Below, one piece after another: positions 1-13,677 of a stretch of DNA of 64,000 nt. A program made the translations under genes and the position numbers. Under the pieces are notes generated by a model. The model was not told the origin of the DNA and ran no database searches. It was given only the letters and a program-made list of their open reading frames with translations. The stretch's first letter is position 1. Each line of letters begins with the position of its first letter. The stretch is from Okamejei kenojei (Eukaryota): NCBI GenBank assembly GCA_035221665.1, contig CM069141.1, positions 15,128,001 to 15,192,000 of the forward strand, in the 5' to 3' direction.

Positions 1-1649
1 TATACGTGATGGCCACATCTTTGATTATTGGTTACTTTAATGGCAACTCCTACCTTAATATCATCTTCCTCTTTGACTCTTTTAATAATGATAACGTGTT
101 TCTACTGATGAGATGTCACACAGAGAGAACCATGAAAAACAAAGTACAATTTTTCTTCCAAAAATATCTGATTTTGAGATGAGGACATGGCCATTTATTA
201 AATCCATGACAATGTGATTTCCATGCAGTTGATGGAAGTGTATTTGAAGCTTCATCTAGAACAGTGCCGCCACCTTAATTGCCTTTTTCAACAGCACTCA
301 CTTTCATTTGCTCTCTTCATAGAAAAAGCACGAAGATAAATTTTGCAAATGAAAACAACTTTAACAAAAATAGAAGTTTTTTTTAAATTGATACATTTCT
401 GGGTGAAATGTGAATTAATTGACTTTTGAGCCTTACTCAATTAAGCCCAAATTAAATGGAAACTATTTGTTCTTCCCTAGCAACAGAATAAAATAGTTTC
501 CATGGTAACTGTGAGATTGCATTGATAAGAAAAGTACATTATATTGACCAAATGCATTGCATTTCAAATATTTTGTCATTTATTAGTTCACAGCACCAGA
601 GGGAAATGGCACAGATTTTCATTCTAATGATAATAGATAGTGATAAATTCTCTTTCAAGCAGTTTGTTTATGTGAAACACAGGTATCCAATATTCACAAA
701 GGCAACAATCAGCAGGTCTCAATCTGAAACGTGACCCATGCCTTCTCAGGACGCAGAGAGCAAACAACACAAGTCTCAAAACATTATGTTTAGGAAGAAA
801 CTGCAGATGCTGGTTTGTACCAAAGATAGACACAAAATGCTGGAGTAACTCAGCAGGTCGGACAACATCTCTGGAGGAAAGGAATCTTCTTCAGACATCT
901 TCTAACATTATGATAAATTCGTAGATATAGATTCAGAAGTTCCTTCAATAATTTTGTTCATAAAAGCACCACATAACACAAATCACGATAGAGGAAGCTT
1001 CATCCTTAATTAGACCCAGTCGGGTAATTTCCATAAGAGTGATTTACAACTAGCTGCAGATTCTGTGCAGAAAATAACCAGGATTTTCACTATAGATCAT
1101 TGTCTAATGACTATACTCGTATGCATAGAGAACATCGGGTGTGAGCTGTAGTAATAGATCCCAAGATCAAGTAGTTCTCTGAAAACCGTAATCTATGTTC
1201 ACACATAAGGAAAAGGTACTAATGTGTGAACCATTACAGCGATGCTGTAAATCGATGGGGAGATGGAATATTATGAGGGGAAATAAGAAAAGCTTGCAAC
1301 AAACACAGAAACGTAGAAAATAGGTGCAGGAGTAAGCCATTCGGCCCTTCGAGCCAGCACCGCCATTCACCATGGTCATGGCTGATCATCTAAAATCAGT
1401 ACCTCATTCATGCTTTCTCCCCATATCCCTTGATTCCATTAGGGCTAAGGGCTAAATCTAACTCTCTCATGAAGGTTTATATACTGTAAAGTGAGATTAA
1501 CAACCATGAGGACGTAAGAAACCGCAGATGCTGGAATCTTGAGCAAAACACAAAGTTCTGGAGGAACTCAACGGGCCAACATCTGGGGAGGAAAAGGACA
1601 GATGATGTTTTTGCGTAGGGACCCTTCTAAGTCGCATCTCCACAAAAAG

Positions 1650-2400
1650 GGAACAAGGCAGAATAGTGGGAACTATAGGCTGGTTAATCTGACTTCGGTG
1701 GTTGGTAAAATTTTAGAGTCCATTATAAATGATGAGGTTACGGAGTACTTTGAAGGGGAGGTTTGCTTGACAAATTTGCTGGAATTCTTTGAAGAAGTAA
1801 ATAACAGGACAGACAAAGGAGAGTCAGTAGATGTTGTTTACCTAGATTTTCAGAAAGCCTTTGATAAGGTGCCACACGTTAGGCTGCTTCGGAAGATTAG
1901 CCCACGGTATCAAAGGGCAGATACTAGCATGGATAGCAGGTTGGCTATCAACAAGTGGCAATAAAGAGGGCTTTTTCTGGTTGGTTGCCAGTGACTAGTG
2001 GAGTTCCACAAGGGTCGGTACTGGGGCCGCTACTCTTAGTTGTATATTAATGATTCGGACGGCTTTGTGGCAAAGTTTGCGGATGATACGAAAATAGATG
2101 GAGGGGCTGGTAGTGTAGAGAAAGCAGGGACTCTGTAGAAGGACTTGGACAGTTTGGGAGAATGGGCAGAGAATTGGTAGATGGAATATATAGCAAAGGT
2201 GGAGTCATGCATTTTGGTAGTAGGAATAAACGCATAGACTATTTTCTAAATGCGGTGGGAATCCAGAAATCGCAGATATAAAGGGACATGGGAGTGCTGG
2301 TGCATGAATCCCAATAAGTTCATCTGTAAGCCGAATCGGTAATAAAGAAAGCAAACTCGATGCTAGCATTTATTTCAAGATGCCTTGTATATAAAAACTA
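1650..2400 (+). mobile_element. CR1-clade LINE RT fragment (decayed)
   Basis: GNYRLVNLTSVVGKILES...CLTNLLEFFEEV...[17 protein letters not shown]. Confidence 0.9.
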
Positions 2401-2640
2401 GATGCTTTTACACAGTAAAAAAAAGCATCAGTAGATGCTTTTACACAGTACTCACGCCACCATCATTCTGCCACCATCATACTCTCTCTGCTCTGCAACC
2501 GTAAGTACGTCACGTGGTACCAGCACGTTGACAGAACAGTGCAATGGGAGCCTTGGTCCGCTATAAACAAATTCTATTATGTAGAGATCCATTATTGCAA
2601 GGGTTTCCTGCATCTCAACTCTATTTACTTACAGTATATG

Positions 2641-3465
2641 CTAGACTAAGTGGGACCCATTGGGTCCCAGCTTCACACGAGAGGGCTGGTCCCCCAACGC
2701 AATATTCCACCTCTGCACCAATTCCAACATTGCTGGCCAGTGGGGGAGGGGGGAGGGGTGGTGGGGGGCGCTTTCTGAAGCATTAGCATGGGTGTTGTGG
2801 GTCAAGTCATGTCAAGCACAGTGAGTGCAGGGCCAACAATCCATTTCAAACCATTTCAAGTCAAGTCAATCAATTTCAAGTCAATTCAAGTAAATCCATT
2901 TCAAGTCAAGTCAAGTCAATTCATTTCAAGTCAAGTCAATCCATTTCAAGCACAAGGCAAGCCAAACAACTCATTGCATTGTCATTTCATTTTCAATTTT
3001 GCATTGCAGTTTCAAGCACGGGCAGGGCAGGCCAAACAACTAATTGGATTGTAATTAAGGGCTAACAAATCATTTATTGCAAGTACATTGCAGACTCACA
3101 GTTCAGTTGATTCACAGCTTAGAATCACAGTTATGGCCTCTCCCTCGTGATCTTCCAGACTAACTGACGCAAGTCCAGGCATCCGGGGCTTTATAGTCCT
3201 GCACTCCCCCCCCCCCGCCGGAAGGGGCGTTACCTTCATGATAGTGATTGACAGGCAAGAGGACCAATCAGCTGATCTCAAGACTTTTTAAACACTCATA
3301 ACTTTTTTATTTGTCATTGATCAGAAAAATCCTCAGGCTGCCTCAGCGGAAGAGGACAGTGAGTAAAATGGCCAAAAATAACATCGATATACGGTGGCAT
3401 TCTTTCTAAAATCAATTTCCACCACAGACAGGAAGTGGTCAAGATGAGACTTTTAGTTATATAGA
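2641..3465 (-). mobile_element. Non-autonomous Helitron-like element
   Basis: Minus strand begins A|TCTATATAAC (3465) and ends CTAG (2641), preceded by the hairpin TGGGACCCA-T-TGGGTCCCA (2651-2669). It carries an internal TCAAG microsatellite at ~2843-2950. Confidence 0.72.
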
Positions 3466-4162
3466 TAATAAATACTCGTAACCAATAAAAATATGTAGAC
3501 TGGCAATATATTTCCAAGGTGGTCTATGATTTGGAGGGGAAATTGCACATGGTGGTGTTTCCACGCATGGTCCCTTGCCATTCCTGGTGGTGGGGGCCAT
3601 GGGTGTCGGAGGTACTATTGGAATAACCTGGGCAGGTAACTGCAGTGCATTTTATACATAGTACATACTGCAACCACTCTGTGCCAGCTGTGAATGAAAT
3701 TAATACTTAGAGTTGGAGAGTACACAATCGCACTCCTGGCATGCCTTGTCGATGATGAAAAGGCCTCAGGGGGTGAATCATACACTGCAGGATACCTGGA
3801 CTCTGTCCTGATCTTGTAGCCACCGGATTCATGTGCTTGGTGCAGTGAAGTTTCTGGTCAGTGGTGGTTCCCGGAATATTGATGGTGGGACTCTCAGCAA
3901 TGGTAGTTTAGTTTTCTTTCATTTAATTTAGAGATACAGTGTGGAAACAGGCCCTTCAGTCAACCAAGTCAGCGCTGACCAGCAATCACCTGTACACTAG
4001 TTCTGTCCTGCACACTGGGGACAATTTACAGAAGCTTTGTACGTCTTTGAAATATGGGAGGAAACTGGAGCACCCTGAGAAAATCCACACGGTCACAGGG
4101 AGAACATACAAACTCCGTACAGACAGCACCTGTAGTCAGGATCAAACCCGGTCTCTGGTGCT

Positions 4163-4296
4163 TCTTCTGTCGTGTGGCGTGCACAGCCTAAAGTTGTTGG
4201 ACAACTTGTTCTATTTGATCTCCCGTTTGTGTACGTCGAGTTGATTGCATTAGTCAAAACAGGGCGGACCACGTGAAGGTTGCAATCTTCCACCCC
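4163..4296 (-). mobile_element. Ribozyme-headed short retroposon, copy 1, inserted into a V-SINE
   Basis: 12-bp TSD GTCTCTGGTGCT at 4151-4162 and 4297-4308; 126-nt body with a short GAA tail. Confidence 0.9.
4243..4296 (-). ncRNA. HDV/CPEB3-like self-cleaving ribozyme (predicted), copy 1
   Basis: Minus strand reads GGGGUGG-AA-GAUUGCA-ACC-UUCACGU-GGU-CCGCCCU-GU-UUUG-AC-UAA-UGCAAUC; P1, P2 and P3 all pair. Confidence 0.85.
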
Positions 4297-5861
4297 GTCT
4301 CTGGTGCTGTAAGGCAGAAACTCTACCCTGGCACCACTGTGTCATTAAATGTCAACGTTAAGAGTTGAATTCAATTCAAGTTTAATGTCATTGCACAGAT
4401 ACAAGTATGGGTACAACGAAATGCAGTTTAGCGCCAGTTCGTAGTAATAAGAAATATATAAGGTTTCTAGTTGGAGATGGTCATTGTCCAGCAGTGCTTC
4501 CTGTCACAACAGCCTATGCCTAAATCTTGCTGAGGTCTTGCTCTAAACAGGCATGGTGGTTTCTTTGACAATTTGCAAATGGCATTTAATATTGTACAAT
4601 TTTTAGCATGGGCAGGATTGATGAAGTTGCTGAAGATAATCGGGGCTGGGATACTGTCCGCAAGCGATGTGGACAATCGACCTCCTGCACTTGCAAAGAT
4701 CTTTCTTTGTACCAGGGGTTATTCCAATGACTAGTGTTTTCCTTTTGATGCTCACCTTCATCAGCCCACACGCTCACTCGAATGCTACAGTACCTCAGGG
4801 TCAAGAGCAGTCACTTTGAGTTTGAGTCTAGTTCATTGTCATGTGAACCGAGACACAGTGGAAAGCTTTTGTTGCGTGCTAACCAGTCAACTTTCACCCT
4901 ATCTCAGGAATCTAGTTCTTTGGTACATGTTAAAATGGCAGCTGTGACGAGGTCTGGTGATAAGTGCTTTCAGCAGACCCAAACTTAGCCTTGGTGAGTA
5001 GGTTATTTAGTACTGCTTGACACTGCTGTCTGCAAAGGCATCCATCATTTTGCTCATGAGATCGAGCATTTGGTTTGGATTAAATTTGTTGTGGTTTTTA
5101 TAAACATATACTCGGGCAATTTTCCCACATTATTAAGTATCTACCACTGTTACTGGAACAGCTTGGCTAGAGGCACAGTTATTTCTGGAGCGCTGCTCCC
5201 CAATACCGCAGCTGGGATGTTGCCTGGTCCCATAGGCTTTGCTGTAACTGGTGATCTCAGCTGTTTAGTCAGAGTCATAAAATCATACAACACAGAAAGA
5301 GGCCCTTTTGTCCCACTGAATCTATTCCAACCACCAACCACCCAATTATATTAATCCTACCCTAATTGTTATTCTCCCCCACATTTCTATCAACCATCAT
5401 GAGATTCTACCCCTCACCTCTGCACTGAGGGCAATTTGCACCAGCCAACCCACATGACCTAGGGAGGTGGGAGGAAACTAGAGCACCCAGCGCAAACCCT
5501 CGTGAACGCAGAGAGAATACGCAAACTCTACTCATCCAGCACTGGAGCTCAGGATTGAACCTGGGTCACTGGAATCTTAAGTCTAGAGACGAGGTACAGA
5601 AACCTGAAGTCCCACACGTCCAAGTCAGGCTCAGGAACAGCTACTTTCCTAAAACTATCAGGTTCGGAACCTGCACAATTCTTATCCTACCTTGAAAACG
5701 GACTACCGACCACCTCTTGCACTGCCATGCACTTGTTTTCTACTTGTCTTTTCCACTACTATAGACATGCTTTGTACTTGTGTTTTGCACCAGATTCTTT
5801 GTTTTTTTTTGGCACAGCCATTATCTTGCGGAATCTAGGCATAATTTTAGACACAAAAGAC

Positions 5862-6100
5862 ACACCCAGAGAGTTGTGAATTTGTGGAATTCTCTGCCTC
5901 AGAAGGCAGTGGAGGCCGATTCACTGGATTCATTCAAAAGAGATTTAGATAGAGTTCTTGGGGCTAGCGGAATCAAGGGATATGGAGAGAAGGCAGGAAT
6001 GGGGTACTGATTGTAGATGATCAGCCATGATCATATTGAATGGCGGTGCTGGCTCAAAGGGCCAAATGGCCTACTCCTGAACCTATTTTCTATGTATCTA
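5862..6100 (+). mobile_element. CR1 LINE 3' end
   Basis: QRVVNLWNSLPQKAVEA...GYGEKAG, followed by the shared 3'UTR and (TATG)n-like tail. Confidence 0.9.
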
Positions 6101-6110
6101 TGTGCATCTA

Positions 6111-6310
6111 AAAAGCTGGAGTAACGTAGCGGGACAGGCAGCATCTCTGGAGAGAAGGAATGGGTGACGTTTCGGGTCGAGACCCTTCTTCAGACCCGAA
6201 ATGTCACCCATTCCTTCTCTCCAGAGATGCTGCCTGTCCTGCTGAGTTACTCCAGCTTTTTGTGTCAATCTTCGGTTTAAACCAGAATCTGCGGTTCCTC
6301 CTTACACTTG
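6111..6310. mobile_element. Penelope-like pseudo-LTR fragment in inverted-repeat arrangement, with hammerhead motif
   Basis: Arms 6111-~6180 and ~6193-6260 are reverse complements. The minus strand carries CTGAAGA-AGGGTCTCGACCC-GAAAC-GTC at 6193-6166. Confidence 0.75.
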
Positions 6311-7096
6311 GCATAATTTATCTGTTTGTGTGCAATGTGTGTTGTCTGAGTCTATGTGCCAGTGATGCTGCTGCAAGATTTTCATTGTAGCCGTACCTCA
6401 CATACTGTAAACTGAACTTGATTTGATGACTACAGCTCAAATGACTGCACTACAGTTCTGCCTTGTTAATCCTTGGATATTATATGTGCCACATTGAATT
6501 GGCTGGAACTTGTCTTCTGTGATGGGGAAGGAGCTAATATAGATTATTCTGGCTGCACATTAAATAATCAAGTGGGGGATTTATTATCACAGTCGATTTA
6601 ACAAAAAATCTACTGGTGGTTGGTTTTTGCATCCTAGCAAATCAAATATATATTGGATTGCAGAATGTTGCATTTATCTCAAATTGCAAATTTGAAAGTA
6701 AACAGCAGTTGCAAAACCAGATAATGCTGAAAATTTGATAATTACCCGCAAAACGATCAAAAGCATTTAATACTATGCAAATAAGAGGCAGCAGTCGCAC
6801 ATCAACATAAAATTAATAAAAATTCGATTTAAATCTGTCGCATTTGATAGCTAATTAACGATAATAAAAGCAATTCTGGAAGACAGCGATAATCACTGGA
6901 GCTGGGTGGTGAGGATTTAACTCTCGCAGTTTGCTGCATTTCTTGCTCATTCTGCAACGTGACTGACTGTGTGAAGTTCCTTGTATTTCCCGAATTTTGT
7001 GTACAAAATTCCGTTGAGTTTCCTCAATCATTTGGGCTCTTTCTGACCACTGATTCCCTCTTTGTCAATGATGCTACAGACGCCAGCTTAGGCTCA

Positions 7097-7358
7097 TTTA
7101 GTTTAGTGATAGAGCACGGAAACAGGCCCTTCGGCCCACCGACCCTGCCCGTACAGCAACATCATCCCACACACACACAAGGGACAATTTAGGGAAACCA
7201 ATTAAACTATAAACCTGTACATCTTTGGAGTGTAGGAGGAAACTCGGAGCATCCAGAGAAAACCAACGCAGATCAAGAGGAGAACGTACAAACTCCATAC
7301 AGACAGCACCCATAGTCAGGATTAAACTTGGGTCTCAGGCGCTGTAAGGAAGCAACTA
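7097..7358 (-). mobile_element. HE1-like V-SINE
   Basis: Same V-domain and tail as the copy at 12366-12638. Confidence 0.8.
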
Positions 7359-8639
7359 CTTTTGGACCTTTGATAACTTCCACCCGTAGAAAACACCCAC
7401 TACACTGACCATGAGATGTGACCCCACTGATCTGTGGAGTAGCTTCCAGGTAGCAACAACCATGATCCATGCTTGGTACTAATCTTCAAATACTTCCAGA
7501 GGTGCAATCTTGACTTCCCTGGAGGGAGGCTTCAACTGGGTGCAAGAGCTTAACTGGGAATTATTTTTAGGCAGTCCCTCGGTATTGTGGATGATTTGCT
7601 TTCACTCTTGTTGTTGGTTTGTTTAGGAGCAGGACCATGTAATTATTGCAAAAAACAATGAAGGACACAATGAGCAGAATGATTCACTTCTTTACCTTAT
7701 CACATTATGAATCTAATTGTTGGTGTAAATGATAAGTTTAGATTCAAAGTCAAGCTAATCATTCATGCACATCGGGGGAATAAACATCAGATCCTGCATG
7801 GACATATTATGTTCTTCAAATAATAAATATCTTCCATGACTTTCAATACTTCCACATCCCCATGGACAGTGTTGTTTCCTTACTACTACTATTCACTAAA
7901 TAATTGACCATCATATGGGTCTCCGAATAAAACATGTAAAATGGGAGATGAGTGCTGTTGCCACACTATTTCCATTCGATTTTTTCTGAAGCACAGTACA
8001 GAGCCTACTAAGTACAATGGGCTAATTTTTGTGCATTTCAAACTGTCAAATTTTCCATGTAGAATGGAGATGAGGAATTTTGTTAGCCTAACGGTGGTGA
8101 AACAATGGAATTCATTGGCACAGACGGCGATGGAAGCCAAGTCATTGGGTATTTTTAAAGCGGAGATTGACAGCTTCTTGATGAGTAAAGGCGTCAGAGG
8201 TGGTGGGGAGTAGGGGGTCGAGAGGGAAAACTAGATCAGTTATTATCGAATGGTGGAGCAGAATCAATGGGACAAATGGCCTCATTCTGCTCCTTGTGTT
8301 TTATGGTCTTAAGTAGTTGTAGGTGTACGTCCCTCGACAAGGCTCCTGGAAGCTTCAGTGGAGCACATGGCATAGAATAAGGATAGCTGTGTGCAACATT
8401 GTTGATTTTTACACTAAAGAGATATTGAGTAAGAAACCATGTCCTTGGTTCACCAGTCAATCCCACTGAGGTTTTGGGTGCTTAAATGCCATTATAAAGA
8501 AACTCAAAAACCAACACGAAAAACCATCAGCATGAAAAATTATTATTGTTTCTGTAGTTCTTTTACTCAATTCTTCCTTGATGGAGCCAGTTAAAGTTGG
8601 TGCAAGTCTTTTAAAGTTTATTCTTGGTTTATAAATGCT

Positions 8640-9495
8640 ACTGTGGTGGCGCTGCCCTGGCAGCAGCGGCTCGCCTGCAGTCCGTCTGTTTTTCTTTTTA
8701 TTTGTTGTTTTCTTGTCTTGTTTATAGCGTTAGTTTGAGTTATTATGTAGTGTGTGTGTGTGTGTGTGTGGGAGGGGTGGGAGAAACGTTCTCAGTCTCT
8801 TCCTTTTGGGGGGACGCGACTTTTCTTGTCGTATCCCCCGTCTCCGTCTGTGCTGAGGCCTATCACGGAGCTGGCGGCCTCCAACTTTAACTGCGACCGA
8901 CCCGAGGCTCCGGAGGCAGAACCAGCCAGGACTTACCAGCGCGGGGCTGGCCGACTTCGGGGCTGCGGCGGGTTCAGGCGTTCCGGCGGCCCGACTCGGA
9001 GCTGTGGCGGCTTTCCGGTGGCGGTGGCGGCGGCAGCGACTTCGGAGGCCCGGCCGCGGGCCCAGTGGACGACATCGTCGGGAGCTCGCAGGTCACAGGT
9101 TGATGACCTGCTTTTCCGGAGCTCCCGCGGCAACAGCTGCGTCCGCTGGACTGGAGGGCGGCAGCTTCGGCAGCTTCGGCCGCCCCGGGCCGCGGAGTTG
9201 AACCGGCCCGCTCGCGGAGCGCGGTTCACCCGCGGGACTTATTTACATCACCCGATGCGGTCACAACATCGGAGGCCCGGGTCGCCTCAGCGCAGAGGAA
9301 GAGGAAGAAGGGAAGAGACAAAGACAAGATTTTTGCCTTCCACCACAGTGAGGAGGTGCCTGGTGAACTCACTGTGGTGGATGTTAAATATGTGTTTATT
9401 GTGTTTTGTTATTTACTATATGTATGACTGCAGGCAACGAAATTTCGTTCAGACCACAAGGTCTGAATGACAATAAAGTGTTCCAAGTTCCAAGT
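8640..9495 (+). mobile_element. CpG-rich non-coding interspersed element with Rex1-type 3' tail
   Basis: Related segments at ~39490-39915 and ~41220-41950. It ends ...AAATTTCGTTCAGACC-ACAA-GGTCTGAATGACAATAAAG followed by TTCCAAG repeats. Confidence 0.6.
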
Positions 9496-11366
9496 ACTAC
9501 AAACATAAAAGATTCAGTGGAAGTGGATGGGACCCATGGCCAGGGGTTTCCCTCTGGTGTTCACCTGATGTTACTGCATGGAAAATAAACTAGGATCATC
9601 ATAATCGTAATAGTAATTTATTAGCCAAGTATATTTTGCAACATACGAGGAATTTGGTTTGCCATACAGTCATACCAAAAAGCAATGCCTTATGAAAACA
9701 CCATTTGTTTTGCTTGCATAAATATAACAAAGTGCTAAAAATATCATATTAACCTGTTGAAAGGATGGTAGAGAAATGCAAATCTCAATTGTATTTTGTA
9801 AATTTAAACAGTTTATGTTTTTGCTTTGCAGTTTTTGATTCATTTATATCACATTAATTGACAGGATACTGCTTTTTTGATAAAAACTGATCATACATTG
9901 AACACCCTTTTTAATATCAGAACATAACTGGTAAAACAATCACAGCACCATTTACTAATAGCTTATGGTTCATTTGTAAGCTAAACCACATTACAGATCA
10001 CAACACAACTACATCTCAATCCACAACACACGTAAAAAGTTGCTCTGACAAACACTTTTCAGCTAACATTTTGAAATTAGGTAAAGTAGAAATGCCATGC
10101 TAATTTTCCAAATATTCATTTGTAAATGATGGCTAATTATAACTGTGGTGAAATAAGAGGAAAAAGATGTGAGCCTGCCTACATTGCTCATGCCAACAAA
10201 ACACAATCTACGCCCGGAGATCTCTCACCATCTCTCGAGAGAGAGTTGAAACACAACTGATTGGATCAATCAAAATGACGTATTGAAAAAAAACTTAATG
10301 AACAGTTGAGGTATAAATGAGTCAATATAATGCAGTTTCTGAGAGTTCGATTTAAAGCACCACTTTTGAACCAGAACACTACATGACATTCCAATAATGC
10401 ATCTAATACAAACTTGTAATAAAACTACTCTGGAGCAAACATATCTAGAAGACATTTCGATCATAGCTGCTACAAAAATAAGCTATAATCAAGTAGATCG
10501 AAGAGACAATAAAAGTGTTTGAAAATTCTTCCTTGATTAAGAGATATTAGAAATGATTAAGTATTTAAACTTGCAGCTAAATTCGGGGATTCTATCAATC
10601 AATATGAAAAATCCTTGAATATTGATGCATAATGAAATAGTCTTAATCTCAATACATGCATTTCTGGATGATAAGGGAATAGTTATATTAGCTCAATCCT
10701 TTTTGTTGGTTCAAAACATTTGGAATTATGAGCAGCAAAACTACAACAATTCCATGCGATTTTTCAACAATCATAGAAAATAGAAACATAGAAAATAGGA
10801 CGAGGCCATTTTGCCCTTCGAGCCAGCACCGATATTCATTGTGATCATGACTGATCATAGACCAGTCATAGATATAACTTTTTCCCCGGTGTGCAATTAA
10901 GAATTTTTTGGAGTGCTCTGGCATTTGAACTTAAGGTTATCTTAAATTCAATTCCCCCTAACAATTCAAAACTTCCAGCATGTTGTAGATTTTGATCACT
11001 GCAAAAGACAAGCCAGAATTTCCAAGATTGCACATCATCTTGTCAACTTGCCACTCTACTCTTTCTATAAATGTAACAAAGTCACCAAAACACCCATTAA
11101 ACAGAGTATGATTTTCAAACAACAGACGCATATCAATGTAGATAAAAACCCATTTATACTGATACCATCCATTTGGTGAATAGATGTGACAGAGGACTTT
11201 TCAATGATTCCACGTGGCCACAAGCAACAAGTATATGAGGACCATTATGGTGAAAACTATACACGTTAAATACAAATTGAATATTGCCAACGATTTAAAA
11301 ACATGTTTTGCTGCTATTTTGTTTTTCTCTTAAAAATGAATCCATAACAAAGAAAAGTTGTGCAAT

Positions 11367-12221
<855 letters not shown>

Positions 12222-12365
12222 TTATACATTATCTTTGTTCACAGTGCTTAGGAATCATGCTGTAACATTGAGGTATTCTTTCCAATATGCCCCTTGAAAG
12301 AGCAACCTAATTAAACGCACTCACTTGCTCACTCTTTTTCACATCAACAAATACTCCTACATTTA

Positions 12366-12638
12366 GGGCAACACAGTGGCACAGCGGTAGAGTTGCTGCC
12401 TTACAGTGTTAGAGACCTGGATTTGATCCTGACTGTGGGTGCTGCCTGTACGGAGTTTGTACGTTCTCACCATGACCAGGTGGGTTTCATCCCACATTCC
12501 AAAGACGTGCAGGTTAATAGGTTTATGTAAATCGTACCTAGTGGGTAGGATAGAACTAGTGTATGGGTGATCATTGGTTGGCATGGACTTGGTGGGCTGA
12601 GGGGCATGTTTACATGCTGTATCTCTAAACTAAACTAA
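12366..12638 (+). mobile_element. HE1-like V-SINE in MFAP3 intron
   Basis: tRNA-like head TGGCACAGCGGTAGAG...GGATTTGATCC, then V-domain and the tail GCTGTATCTCTAAACTAAAC. Confidence 0.85.
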
Positions 12639-13677
12639 AATATTTATCTTGCAGTTCCTTGAGCCCACATTGTTTTCTGCTTTAGATATTTATCAAAATC
12701 CTTTTTTCAATTGCTAACTCTACTTTAACCATCCCCTTTTGGGCAGTGCAATCTGACATGCAATTTGCAGCCTGAAAATCGATATTCCCACATTGTTGCC
12801 TTTCATTGTTTCGCCAATTGACTTAAACATGTCTCGCCTGGTCTAACATTCTATTAAATTTCCTCTGCATTCCCTGCAGCTCAGCTCCAAGCCCCTCACG
12901 ATTAGTCTGCTGCTGCTGCGTTTCACTGCCCTCTTTTTTGGAACTGCTGCTTATCATCTGAAATTATCCAATCCTCTGGCAACGCTCTCAAATCCTAGTT
13001 GGATTGGCAGACGAAACCTCCACGATTTGCACTGCTCATCTGCATAAGATGCATCTCATCCATATTAAGTCATTCTTCAGCTCCGAGTGCAGGCATGCTT
13101 TTAACTTTCTCCTGCACTGCCAGAATGTGGGCCCTGAACATAAACTGGAAGAACCACTCATCTTCAGTCCAGGTACTTTGCAACCTTTGAGAATGAATAC
13201 CAAATTTTCCAACCAGATAAACTGCTCTCTCATTGTTTCTCATTATTACGCTTATGTACCTTCTCACCCCATCTCCTGAAAAACTCACATTGGTGGTCAA
13301 TACTCATGGTCATTTTCATTTAATCTACCTTTGCCTATCTCCACGTAATGTGTTTTATCTTGCACCTCGCTCTTCCCCACCCACAAAATCTGCTTTGAAA
13401 AATGACAGCAAAATCACATAGTACATGTTGATTCCAGACCACCGTAAATGACTTGCAAATACCAACTTTGACAGTGGTTGTTTATCATGGAAAACATAGC
13501 CTTCACTAAAACTGACACTCACTATAAGATAAAATTACAAGTTTTGCTTTTAAATTGCAACATTCATTTTTCAAATAATTCCATGTGTTCGTCTTCAATT
13601 GATAAACTATTTCTAGTGTATTTGCTCTGAAAGGGTAGACAATAAATTATAATTGAGTGATCTAAACTTCACACTAC

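Larger units (their letters stand above)
3926..4341 (-). mobile_element. HE1-like tRNA-derived V-SINE (interrupted)
   Basis: V-domain GGAGTTTGTATGTTCTCCCTGTGACC... and the tail GGGCCTGTTTCCACACTGTATCTCTAAA. Confidence 0.8.

Noticed and set aside
8754-9470. 238-aa Arg/Gly/Ala-rich ORF
   Set aside because: Arises from a GC-rich repeat, starts in a (GT)n run, and has no recognisable domain.
12366-12440. tRNA gene
   Set aside because: It is the tRNA-derived head of a SINE, with no full cloverleaf, followed by the V-domain and LINE tail.
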